NCBI GenBank assembly: GCA_041558415.1
Contig: JBFFEY010000013.1
Coordinates: 183 to 64,182 of the forward strand
Reading direction: 5' to 3'
DNA length: 64,000 nt
Origin: Burkholderiales bacterium
GTDB lineage: Bacteria; Pseudomonadota; Gammaproteobacteria; Burkholderiales; SG8-39
Each line of letters starts with the position of its first letter. Position 1 is the first letter of the stretch. Of the stretch, positions 7,217 to 15,924 are shown in pieces. Under the pieces are notes generated by a model, which saw only the letters and a program-made list of their open reading frames with translations, was not told where the DNA came from and made no database searches. Made by a program: the position numbers and the translations under genes.

Positions 7217-8754
7217 CGCGGCCTCCTCGAGTGGAGCGCGGGCGAGGGGTTGAGCGGGTGAAGCAGCGCCCGCGACAAGGTCTTCAGGGCAACGCGGGTC
7301 CCATGGAGCCAGAGCGCCCAATAGACGCGCCGCTTGCGCCGATCGGGCTGCCGGAAAAGGAATTGCCATGCGCGCACCAGGCGGCGGCGATCGAGCCTGA
7401 ACATCATCCGCCAGTAGATCGACTCCTGGCGCCTGAGATTTAGCGCTTCGGTCTCGCACACAGGGGTGTGGAAGTTGTACGTGGCCAGGCTCGTGCCGGC
7501 CACGCGTCCCGCGCGCTTTGCCTCCTCGGCCGCCCGCGTCCCGGGGTTCGGAGTCAGCGGCGCCAGGAAGCAGTAATCCATCTGCATGTCGTAGTCGAGG
7601 GCGGCAAGGTGCTCGAGGTCGTCCTCCGTGTCGCCGGGCAGCCCGTAAATGGTGGTGCCGATGGTGAAGACTTCCGGATACCGCTCGCGAAAGATGGCGA
7701 ACGCCGCGCGACAGATTTCCGCGTCGTTGTGATGCTTGTTCAACGCGGCGAGTCCGGGCGCATCGTCGCGTTCCACGCCGATCATGACCTGCCGCAGGCC
7801 GGCGCGAACCATCTTTTCGAGGACGCCGAGCTTCTGATCGCGCACCACGCAATCCGCGCGCATCCAGGCCGTGTGCAGCGTCCGGGGCCGACCCCGCGCG
7901 TCCATCAGCTTGGAGCGCAACATCAGATCCGCCCAACGGTCCGACCAGCGCGGGGAGACATTGAAGGTCGGGTCCACCCAGCCGAAGGTCCGCCGGCCGA
8001 ACTCCCGGTTGAGGCGCAGCACGTTGGCGTAGCTGCGCTCGGGTGACTGCGTGCGATAGCACGGGCGCACTTCTCCCGAGCGGCCCTGCGGCTGGCCCAT
8101 CTGCTTCCACAGGATGCAGAACGCGCAGCGATCGATGCAGCCCCTCGAGTGCTCGATGCTGACCAGCGCCGGATGATTGCGCGAGCCGCGCCCGTAGCTC
8201 TGCATGTCGAGCAGGTCGTACGCCGGGAACGGCAGCGTGTCGAGATCCTCGATCAGCCTTCGTGGCGGCGTCACATGCACGCCGCCGTCACCGTCGCGGA
8301 ACGCGATCCCCTCGATCTTCGACCACGCGCTTCGATTGCCGGCGTTGCGCAGGAGTTCGACGAAGGTCGCTTCGCCTTCGCCTCGCACTACGACATCGAC
8401 GTTCGAATCAGCGAGTGCGGCTTCCAGCGCGTGCGCGTAATAGGGCCCGCCCGCCACGACCAGGCATTCGGGGTGGAGCGCCTTGACCAGCGCGGCCGCG
8501 CGAAATCCCTCGTGCGCGGAGACCGTCTCTTCACCGATCCCGAGCACGTCGATGCGGCGCGCAGCGAGCATGCGTTGCAGCGTCCGCCAACCGCACTTAC
8601 GCGCCGGCGCGTCGATGACCTCGACCTCGATCTCCGGCATCTGGGCGCGCGCCGCTGCGGCGAGGCACAGCAAGCCGAGCGGCTGCCAGAATGCGGATGT
8701 CTCGCTGTTAAACGGCCAGACAAATCGCGGCGGGCGGAGAAGCGCGACCCGCAT
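7201..8754 (-). CDS. B12-binding-domain radical SAM enzyme
   Basis: 517 aa. The N-terminal Rossmann-like region (IDVLGIGEETVSAHEG...LVVAGGPYY...VDVVVRGEGE) is typical of cobalamin-binding rSAMs. The CxxxCxxC cluster motif is HSRGCIDRCAFC. No SPASM-like Cys-rich tail is present. Confidence 0.85.
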   Translation of the reverse strand: MRVALLRPPRFVWPFNSETSAFWQPLGLLCLAAAARAQMPEIEVEVIDAPARKCGWRTLQRMLAARRIDVLGIGEETVSAHEGFRAAALVKALHPECLVVAGGPYYAHALEAALADSNVDVVVRGEGEATFVELLRNAGNRSAWSKIEGIAFRDGDGGVHVTPPRRLIEDLDTLPFPAYDLLDMQSYGRGSRNHPALVSIEHSRGCIDRCAFCILWKQMGQPQGRSGEVRPCYRTQSPERSYANVLRLNREFGRRTFGWVDPTFNVSPRWSDRWADLMLRSKLMDARGRPRTLHTAWMRADCVVRDQKLGVLEKMVRAGLRQVMIGVERDDAPGLAALNKHHNDAEICRAAFAIFRERYPEVFTIGTTIYGLPGDTEDDLEHLAALDYDMQMDYCFLAPLTPNPGTRAAEEAKRAGRVAGTSLATYNFHTPVCETEALNLRRQESIYWRMMFRLDRRRLVRAWQFLFRQPDRRKRRVYWALWLHGTRVALKTLSRALLHPLNPSPALHSRRPRWYEQ

Positions 8755-9282
8755 GCCTTGAGCTCCCGAGCCGAGAGGGCAATCTACGAACGATTGTCGC
8801 GCCGACCTACCGGGTCAACTTGACCTGCGTCAACGGCAAATGACGAAAGAGCGATTTCGCGCTCGGCATCGCCGTGAGGTCAACGATCGCGATCCGGTCG
8901 GCCTCACCTCCTGCAGCTTCGGCACGTTGGCGACCTTCATTGCCGTTCTCACGGAATTTGCGGTTCCCGCGTGACCGCAAAACGCCATCTCGACGAGACC
9001 ACGAAACTTCGTTTGCGGTAAATCGCAAATCCTTAACGGCACCGGAATACCGCCCGAAACAAGCCCTCGGTATCCACGTCCCCGGCGATCTCAATGTCTG
9101 CTATAGATCGGAAAGACCTGGTATGGCCGGGCCCCTACCGGCCATTAGCAGACGTTCACGAATCCATTTTTCGGCCACGCCATCAGCGCACAGATAGAAT
9201 CGCGGCACAAATCATCCCGGCTCACCCGACTAGCCTCGGTATAGACGACTAAGGGACTTGTCTTTACTTTGAGCTCAATGCG

Positions 9283-9657
9283 CTACGGCAGAATATAGAA
9301 ATACCCACTCTTCGCGACCAAGCCCCAGGTCTCAATTCGGTCGCCATTCTTGCGCCACTCGTCGCACCTTTCTAGAGCCCAGTCTTCGTTCTTGACGCAA
9401 ACGGTGTCGCCTTTGAGCCACCACTTACCCTTGACAACGTGTCCTGATACGCCGTTGCTCCAGTAGACCTCTCGGGTGCCGTTCCGGTACCAAGTCACGA
9501 GGTATGAGACGTTGAATCCTGTCGAATACCCAGCGGAGAAAAGCATGTTCGACGTAAGTTGTTTCAGTTCCGCGTTCGTGAGCTTCTTGCCTGAATCGGC
9601 GGAGACAGGATCAACTACTAGCAGTAAGGCCATCACAAAGAAGAGTGAGCGATACAT
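9283..9657 (-). CDS. Small secreted protein of unrecognised family (paralog A)
   Basis: 124 aa with signal peptide MYRSLFFVMALLLVVDPVSA. It shares the layout L-x2-ELKxL ... GKWWLKGDTVC ... ERC with ORF 10424-10834. G+C is low: hand counts of four 60-nt lines within 9301-9660 give 43-58 percent. Confidence 0.65.
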   Translation of the reverse strand: MYRSLFFVMALLLVVDPVSADSGKKLTNAELKQLTSNMLFSAGYSTGFNVSYLVTWYRNGTREVYWSNGVSGHVVKGKWWLKGDTVCVKNEDWALERCDEWRKNGDRIETWGLVAKSGYFYILP

Positions 9658-9906
9658 ATTCCCCTCCTTTTAATGTAGAGGAATCAATTTGCATTGGTAA
9701 GAAATGCACGCACGGCCACAAGGGCCGGAGACGCTCCGCCTGGCGAGCTGATGTGCGTCGAATTGCTGCCCGTAAGGCGGAAACCCAATTTCGCGCAGGG
9801 CAAGGGCCTTCGCAATAACTAGCGAGGCGCGCGCCCCAACCGCTTCCCTACGCGCCAGCACGTTCATGGGGCCCGAAGCGTGTCGAGTTCGGGCGAGCCT
9901 TTCGCG

Positions 9907-10272
9907 TCAGCGGTTCGGGTCGTAGTCGTAAGTGGCCTCGGCCCGCGGTGTTTGCGATCCGTACCACGCCGCAAGGTTGCGCACATCCGCATCGGATATT
10001 TGCTCCCCGATCACCTCGTGGGCGTCGTTCGACCGCTTGCCGGTCTTGTAGTCGCGCATACTCTTGATGAAGTACGGCTGCGGTTGGGCGGAAATACGCG
10101 GCGTGTACCCAAATTTATTGGTTTTGTTCCCGTTTCCGTCCGGCCCGTGACACAGCAGGCAACCCCACTTGTCGGCCAGCTTCTTCCCGACCTCCGCATC
10201 TCCACTGTCTTGTCCCAACGCAATGGGCGATACCGTGAAACAAGCCAGGACTATCAGAACGTTCCTTTTCAT
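9907..10272 (-). CDS. Monoheme class I c-type cytochrome (c4/c5-like), periplasmic
   Basis: Track ORF trimmed to MKRNVLIVLACFTVSPIALG (signal peptide) behind GGAGGA. Heme motif CLLCH. A distal Met candidate sits in FIKSMRDYK. The C-terminal DVRNLAAWY is typical of this class. Confidence 0.8.
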   Translation of the reverse strand: MKRNVLIVLACFTVSPIALGQDSGDAEVGKKLADKWGCLLCHGPDGNGNKTNKFGYTPRISAQPQPYFIKSMRDYKTGKRSNDAHEVIGEQISDADVRNLAAWYGSQTPRAEATYDYDPNR

Positions 10273-10423
10273 AGCTGTCCTCCTTAAGCGGTTGGCGCTT
10301 TGCAACGGCCTGCGGAAGAAATCCGAACCGCGTCCATAGCCGCGGTCGCGGACCTCTGGCGCGCAGAATCGGTCGCTCGATTGCCTCGATCGTCCGCAAG
10401 AGCAGGTGGGCGAAAGCCGGACA

Positions 10424-10834
10424 CTACTTGAGGATTGTGAATGGGAATGTTGTCACGCCGTCGACAGGGACCATCTCGTAGCGACCAGGGCCTTTGCCGG
10501 CGACGCGATAGCACCGCGCGTTGTAGCCGCCGCTCTTGCCCCACCACGATAGCTCGTAGCACACGCTGTCGCGGTCGAGCTTCCAGCGCCCGGTATCCAT
10601 ACAAGAGCCGCTCGCCTCTTGCCGCATACACACCGATCCATCCGATTTCCATTCCCAGTAAAGGTACCCTCCTGACACGACATTCTGTTCTTGCCACGTA
10701 TGCCCCGATACCAGGCCACTGAGCGCTTTCGCGTCGAGCGTCTCCGCAGTCACTGGCGCGCATAGCGAGAACGCCGCAAATGCGAGGAGCAAGGCGGCGC
10801 CGAAATGCCCTTTTAGAACATTTTCGGATTTCAT
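10424..10834 (-). CDS. Small secreted protein of unrecognised family (paralog B)
   Basis: Trimmed to MKSENVLKGHFGAALLLAFAAFSLCAPVTA behind AAGGAGG. It shares the GRWKLDRDSVC ... ARC pattern with ORF 9283-9657. Confidence 0.65.
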   Translation of the reverse strand: MKSENVLKGHFGAALLLAFAAFSLCAPVTAETLDAKALSGLVSGHTWQEQNVVSGGYLYWEWKSDGSVCMRQEASGSCMDTGRWKLDRDSVCYELSWWGKSGGYNARCYRVAGKGPGRYEMVPVDGVTTFPFTILK

Positions 10835-11298
10835 CTTGACCTCCTTGGAACGCAAAGGAACCAAGCGGCACCGCGGACGCTGCGGTTTGGAAACAACACC
10901 GGGATGTCGCGAGCGGCCCGCCTACCGCACCGCAGGCGGTACACAGCTGTACCTCGAGAACGGTCCCTGCGCAGGGCCGAGGCCGAAATTGCGAACCAAC
11001 TTGGACGACGGGCGATTTCGGCAGTTGCTGCGGCCGCACCTTGGTGGCGCGAGGCCTTAATTTCCCGACTTCTTTACACCTGTCGGATCAGACGATCTTG
11101 ATCCAGATCAGGACTTGCGTTCGCCCGGGGCAATCCGAAGCAAACGACCGTCTTCAGCGAGGCCAAAATCACTCGTCGTACGGCTGACTGCTTCGGGTCG
11201 ATAGGCGCCATCTCCCCTGCCCCAAAAGCAGACGCTCAGTGGCGCCTGATTTGACGGCAGACTGCCGTCGGCCGCGCCCGCGACACGGCCCGCAACGC

Positions 11299-12498
11299 CT
11301 ACTGCGGATGCCGCAGATCGCGCTGCGCGAGCGCCACCACGGCGCCGAGGGCAAGCAGACCGGCGGAACCCGCGAGCCCGATCTGCAGCGAGCCCGAGCG
11401 GTCGGCGAGCCAGCCGATCGCCACCGGACCCGCGATCTGCCCGGCCGCGAACACGACGGTGAAGGTGGCGATCGCCGATCCCCAGGCGGGTCTGGGCAGC
11501 GCGCGCTTGATGAAGCTGCCGATCGAAGACGGCGCGCTGAACATTGCGATGCCGAACAGCGCCGCGGACAGCAGCATTGCCGCCGCGTGCGTCGAGGCGA
11601 GCGGCAACGCGGCGCCGGCCGCGAGCACGATCATCACCGCGGCGAGCGGGCGGCCGCCGGGCCAGTGCTCGGCCGGCTTGCGCCACACGAGCGGCGCAAG
11701 CAGGGTCGCGAGCCCGAGCGCGAACCACACCGCGATCACGGTCGCGGTGCTGGCGCCATTCAGGCGCATCCACGCGATGACGAAGGTCATGTAGCCGATG
11801 TAGCCGAGCGCGAACAGCATGTAGGACGCGAGCTCGGCGGCGAACGGCCGCAGCGTCCAGCGCGCCTCGCCCGCCATCTTCCCGGGCTCGGCGATGCCCC
11901 ATGCGGACCAGGCCGCCGCCACGCTCATCAACAGGCTCGCGTAGCCCATGCCGCGCCAGGCGAGCGGCCATGAGGCGCTGCCCTGTGCTTCCAGCAACAG
12001 CGGCACGGCGACCCCCGAGAGCATCAGGCCGATGCCGCCGCCTGCGAAGTAGATCGCGATCGTCGTGGTGGCGAGCTGTGGGCGCCGCGCAAAGATGTTG
12101 CCGGAAAGCGCACCGCCACAGATGAATACGGCCGCCCCGCCGACACCCGCCAGCACGCGGACCGCCATCAGCGCCTCGAACTCGCGCACCCAGCCGGTCG
12201 CGGCGATCGCCACCGACGTGACCAGCATTCCCCAGCCATAGAGCGCGCGGTTGCCCAGGCGCGCGACCAGCGCGCGTGTCAGCAGCGCACCGAGCAGGTA
12301 GCCAAAGGCATTGACGGTGTTGATCGCGCCCGCCTGCGAATAGCTCCAGTGCAGATCGCTGCGCATCGCGGGGAGGATGAGGGCGTAGGCGAAGCGCGCA
12401 AACGCGTTCGACACCGCCGGGCCGAAGGACAGCAGAAACGCGACCAGCAGCCCGCGCAACAGGGTGATTTCCCGAGGATCGGTGCGCACGGACGCCAT
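11299..12498 (-). CDS. YbfB/YjiJ-type MFS transporter
   Basis: Track ORF 11299..13329 trimmed to MASVRTDPREITLL. GPAVSNAFARFAYALILPAMRSDLHWSYSQAGAINTVNAFGYLLGA is characteristic of the YbfB/YjiJ subfamily. The protein is about 12 transmembrane helices of hydrophobic sequence. Confidence 0.75.
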   Translation of the reverse strand: MASVRTDPREITLLRGLLVAFLLSFGPAVSNAFARFAYALILPAMRSDLHWSYSQAGAINTVNAFGYLLGALLTRALVARLGNRALYGWGMLVTSVAIAATGWVREFEALMAVRVLAGVGGAAVFICGGALSGNIFARRPQLATTTIAIYFAGGGIGLMLSGVAVPLLLEAQGSASWPLAWRGMGYASLLMSVAAAWSAWGIAEPGKMAGEARWTLRPFAAELASYMLFALGYIGYMTFVIAWMRLNGASTATVIAVWFALGLATLLAPLVWRKPAEHWPGGRPLAAVMIVLAAGAALPLASTHAAAMLLSAALFGIAMFSAPSSIGSFIKRALPRPAWGSAIATFTVVFAAGQIAGPVAIGWLADRSGSLQIGLAGSAGLLALGAVVALAQRDLRHPQ

Positions 12499-12630
12499 CT
12501 TAGCGGTTGCGATCGGCACGCCTGGACGCACCGCCGATACGCGTCGGCGACGCGGAACAGCTAAGATCGGCGCGACGCGATGCGTCTTTCTCCCGACAGC
12601 GTGCAATCCGCCGCAAAGGACCGAAGCGAC

Positions 12631-13332
12631 ATGACCGCCCTCACCCGCGCCGACCTCGAAGCGCTCGCCCAGTGGGACACGCCCACGATCTGCAACGGCC
12701 TCGAGCTGCTCGACGCCAAGCACCGCAGCACCGGCTTCACCACGCAGCACATGGTCTGCCTCGACCCCGCGCTCAAGCCGATCGTCGGCTACGCGCGCAC
12801 GGCGACGATCCAGGCCACGCTGCCGCCCGCCGGCGACGCGGAAGCGGTGCGTGAAATGCGCGCCCACTACTACGCGCAGGTCGCCGAGCAGCCGCTGCCG
12901 TCGATCGCGGTGCTGCAGGACCTCGACACCGAGCCGGGCTTCGGCGCGTTCTGGGGCGAGGTCCAGACCACGGTTCACAAGGGGCTGGGCTGTCTCGGGG
13001 CGGTCACCAACGGCTCGTTCCGCGACCTCGACGCCTGTGCCAAAGGCTTCCAGATCCTCGGCGGCAAGGTCGGCCCGAGCCATGCCTGGGTGCAGCTGGT
13101 CGACATCGCCTGCGCGGTGAACGTGTTCGGCATGGCGGTGAAGCCGAACGACATCGTGCACGCCGACCGGCACGGCGCGGTGGTGGTACCGGCAGACTGC
13201 GTGAAGCGCCTGCCGGCCGTGATCGACCTGCTGACGCGGCGCGAAGCGGTGATCCTCAAGGCCACGCGCGCGCCCGGTTTCAACATCGAAGTGCTGAAAA
13301 AGGCGATCGCCGACTCGGCGGAGATCCACTGA
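12631..13332 (+). CDS. RraA-family protein (RraA / HMG-aldolase-like fold)
   Basis: ORF 12580..13332. I prefer the ATG at 12631 (MTALTRADLEALAQWDTPTICNGLE), but 12580 is also possible. Size and sequence are RraA-like. The stop overlaps the next gene's ATG (ATGA at 13329-13334). Confidence 0.6.
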   Translation: MTALTRADLEALAQWDTPTICNGLELLDAKHRSTGFTTQHMVCLDPALKPIVGYARTATIQATLPPAGDAEAVREMRAHYYAQVAEQPLPSIAVLQDLDTEPGFGAFWGEVQTTVHKGLGCLGAVTNGSFRDLDACAKGFQILGGKVGPSHAWVQLVDIACAVNVFGMAVKPNDIVHADRHGAVVVPADCVKRLPAVIDLLTRREAVILKATRAPGFNIEVLKKAIADSAEIH

Positions 13333-14303
13333 TGAAACGCAAGGTTCTCGTCATCCAGGGCCTGCACCCCGAGGGGCTGCGCCTGCTCGAAGGGCGCGAC
13401 GACGTCGTGCCGGTGGTGCTCAACTCGAACGACGAGCAGCAGATCATCGCAGCGGCGCGCGAGGTCGAGGCAATCACGGTGCGCACCGCGCGCATCACGC
13501 GCGCGGTGATCGAGGCCGCGCCGAACCTGAGCATCGTCGCGCGCCACGGCGTCGGCTACGACGCGGTCGACGTGCCGGCGCTCACCGCGCGCGGCATCCC
13601 GCTGGCGATCGCGCCGCAGTCGAACATGGTCTCGGTCGCCGAGCACGTCATGTTCATGCTGCTCACCCTGGCCAAGGAAGCGCCGTACTACGACGCCATG
13701 ACGCGCAGCGGCGATTGGCGCGAGCGCTGGAACATCCGCGGCTTCGACCTCGCCGGCAAGAAGCTGCTGGTGATCGGCTTCGGCCGTACCGGTTCGCGCG
13801 TCGCGCAGCGGGCGCGGGCCTTCGACATGCAGGTCCATGCCTGCGACCCCTACATCGACGAGGACCTCATCCGCGCCGCCGGCTGCACGCCGGTCGCCGA
13901 CTTCCGCGCCGCGCTGCCGCAGATGGACGCGGTGAGCGTCAACACGCCGCTCAGCGACGAGACGCGGCATATGTTTTCCGCTGCCGAGTTCGCCGCCATG
14001 CCCTCGCATGCGGTGATCGTCAACTGCGCGCGCGGCGGCATCATCGACGAAGCGGCGCTCCATGCGGCGCTCAAGGCGAAAAAGATCCGCGGCGCCGGCA
14101 TCGACGTGTTCGAAGAGGAACCGAGCCCGGCGAGCAATCCGCTTTTCACGCTCGAGAACCTGATCGTCTCGCCGCACATCGCGGGTGTCACGGTCGAATC
14201 GACGATCCGCATGTCGACGCAGACCGCGCAGAACGTGCTCGACCGGTTCGACGGCCGGCTCGACCCCGACGTCGTCGTCAATCGCGAGGTGCTGAGGGCG
14301 TAG
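13332..14303 (+). CDS. D-isomer-specific 2-hydroxyacid dehydrogenase family (PGDH-like)
   Basis: 323 aa. NAD-binding motif LLVIGFGRTGSRVA. Catalytic region VNCARGGIIDE ... SPHIAG. Confidence 0.85.
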   Translation: MKRKVLVIQGLHPEGLRLLEGRDDVVPVVLNSNDEQQIIAAAREVEAITVRTARITRAVIEAAPNLSIVARHGVGYDAVDVPALTARGIPLAIAPQSNMVSVAEHVMFMLLTLAKEAPYYDAMTRSGDWRERWNIRGFDLAGKKLLVIGFGRTGSRVAQRARAFDMQVHACDPYIDEDLIRAAGCTPVADFRAALPQMDAVSVNTPLSDETRHMFSAAEFAAMPSHAVIVNCARGGIIDEAALHAALKAKKIRGAGIDVFEEEPSPASNPLFTLENLIVSPHIAGVTVESTIRMSTQTAQNVLDRFDGRLDPDVVVNREVLRA

Positions 14304-15780
14304 CGCGCTCGTCGCCGAGCAGGCGCTGCAGCGCTGCCGCCTGCTCGTTCAGCTCATCGATGTTGCGCGCGAGCAGGAGAAAATGCAGGCCGGTGCCCTG
14401 CTCCAGGCCGCCGGGCGTGAGCAGCACGACGCCCGTATCGGTGCTGCCGCGCCGGTACAGCAGGCCGCGCAGGCCGCGCAGCGCCTGCGACAGATCGCGC
14501 GGCGGGTTCGACAGGCTGGTGCGCTGCATGATCATGAACGCGCGTCGCCCCCAGTCGCCGAGCAGCCGGTTGGCGAGGGTCATCGGGATCGACGTTCCGC
14601 CCCAGCGCCCGTTGCACTCGATCCAGTGCAGCGCCGCGCCCTCGAAGGCTTCGCCCGCGATCACCGCGTCGAAGCTGCAGCGGCCGAAGTAGCCCAGGCG
14701 CTGGAACAGCACGCCGAGCTGCAGCGCCTCGTCGGCCAGGCGCTGGCGCCACGCCGCGGGCACGCTGCTCGGCACCGCGCCGACGAACTCGCCGCCGCTG
14801 CCCTCCACCACCTGGTCGAACACGCCTTCGACCTGCGGCAGACCCGCCTCGCGGCGCGGAATCCACAGCTGCACCGAGGGGCTGCCAAGCACGGCGCAAT
14901 CCCACACGCCGACCATGAGGGGAAAGCCCGCGTCCCAGCCCAGGTTGCCGAGCAGGCGCAGCAGCCGGCGGCGCAGCCCCCCCAGCCGCAGGCCGCGCAC
15001 GCGCTCGGCGTCGAGCACCAGGTTGCCGGCCGAGCCGGCGCTGTCGGGCACCTTGATCACCACCCGCGCATGGCGCCGGGCGAGCGCGGCGACGCGGCCG
15101 GTGAGCGCCGCCGGTTCGAAGGCGTGGTAGCTGGGCGGCAGCGCCGTGTCGCCGAGCAGCTGCTGCACGCAGCCCGCGAACCACAGCTTGTCGTTGACGC
15201 GGCGCGTGAGGCGCGGCGGCGGTGCGGCGACGCTGACCCGCGCACCGCTTTGCGCGGCGACCTTTGCGGCGAGCGTCCAGGCCTGCCCGGCACCGATGTA
15301 GGGCACCAGCGTCAGCCGCCCGTGCCGGCGCGCGGCGTCGACGATAGTGGCGAAGGCCTGCGCGTCCTGCGCGCAGCGTTGCGCGAGCGAGCCGGTGCGC
15401 GCCCCGCGCGCCGCGCCCGCGACGCCGATGACCTGCGCCGCGCCGAGCCCGAGCGTATCGCGGCAATACGCCTCGAACACCGGACTGCGTTCACCGCCGA
15501 TCAGGACGAAATCGCCTTCGCCGGCGAGCAGCAATGCGCGGTACTGCAGGCTGGCGTCACCGCGGCGCTCGAACAGCGTGATTTCGGCGTGGTCCTCGAA
15601 CAGCAACGCCGGGCCGTCATCCAGGCCAGCCGTCACATCGCTGCCGAAGGCCGCGCCCGAGGCGAGCGCCGGCTCGTCGGCCAGCAGCGCTTGCGCCAGG
15701 CGGTCGATGCGATCGAGGTCCTCCGGCTCCAGTCGGACATGGAGGTGTTCGACGATCGGGATCGAGGAACGCGTCTTCAT
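14278..15780 (-). CDS. ATP-grasp-fold ligase with a long N-terminal pre-ATP-grasp region (possibly PGM1-type peptide ligase-like)
   Basis: Track ORF 14278..16782 trimmed to MKTRSSIPIVEHL. RVVIKVPDSAGSAGNLVL (ATP-grasp Lys region), QVVEGSGGEFVGAV, and the metal-binding E-x-N in HWIECNGRWGGTS. The subfamily assignment is tentative. Confidence 0.6.
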   Translation of the reverse strand: MKTRSSIPIVEHLHVRLEPEDLDRIDRLAQALLADEPALASGAAFGSDVTAGLDDGPALLFEDHAEITLFERRGDASLQYRALLLAGEGDFVLIGGERSPVFEAYCRDTLGLGAAQVIGVAGAARGARTGSLAQRCAQDAQAFATIVDAARRHGRLTLVPYIGAGQAWTLAAKVAAQSGARVSVAAPPPRLTRRVNDKLWFAGCVQQLLGDTALPPSYHAFEPAALTGRVAALARRHARVVIKVPDSAGSAGNLVLDAERVRGLRLGGLRRRLLRLLGNLGWDAGFPLMVGVWDCAVLGSPSVQLWIPRREAGLPQVEGVFDQVVEGSGGEFVGAVPSSVPAAWRQRLADEALQLGVLFQRLGYFGRCSFDAVIAGEAFEGAALHWIECNGRWGGTSIPMTLANRLLGDWGRRAFMIMQRTSLSNPPRDLSQALRGLRGLLYRRGSTDTGVVLLTPGGLEQGTGLHFLLLARNIDELNEQAAALQRLLGDERATPSAPRD

Positions 15781-15924
15781 GGGCCACAGCGCAGCCGCGC
15801 GGATTGTGCCCGCGGCCCCGACGGCGGGCAATGCGGGCGCAACCATCGCCTGCGGAACGGCCGCGAAGGCGGCAGCCGTCCCAAGGTATATTGCGCCGGA
15901 TCGATCCCTGGCGCACGACGAACG

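Noticed and set aside
5822-8110. N-terminal extensions of track ORFs (5822..8110, 11299..13329, 14278..16782, 14383..16803, 15804..18548, 29348..31552, 40422..42839, 44330..45832, 58441..61077 and others).
   Set aside because: The extended parts overlap neighbouring well-supported genes and are compositionally biased. Internal in-frame starts give proper signal peptides, lipoboxes, RBSs or ATGA coupling. Each trimmed start was verified by frame arithmetic against the track coordinates.
8755-9282. Searched for a short precursor-peptide ORF upstream of the radical SAM gene (the RiPP hypothesis).
   Set aside because: All minus-strand ATG-initiated ORFs here are 10-36 codons long. None has a convincing RBS, and none has a leader/core-like composition or a Cys/Ser/Thr-rich core.
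9283-10834. Considered the low-GC islet as a mobile element or genomic island.
   Set aside because: No integrase, transposase, tRNA attachment site or flanking direct repeats could be identified. It is reported only as a compositional anomaly.
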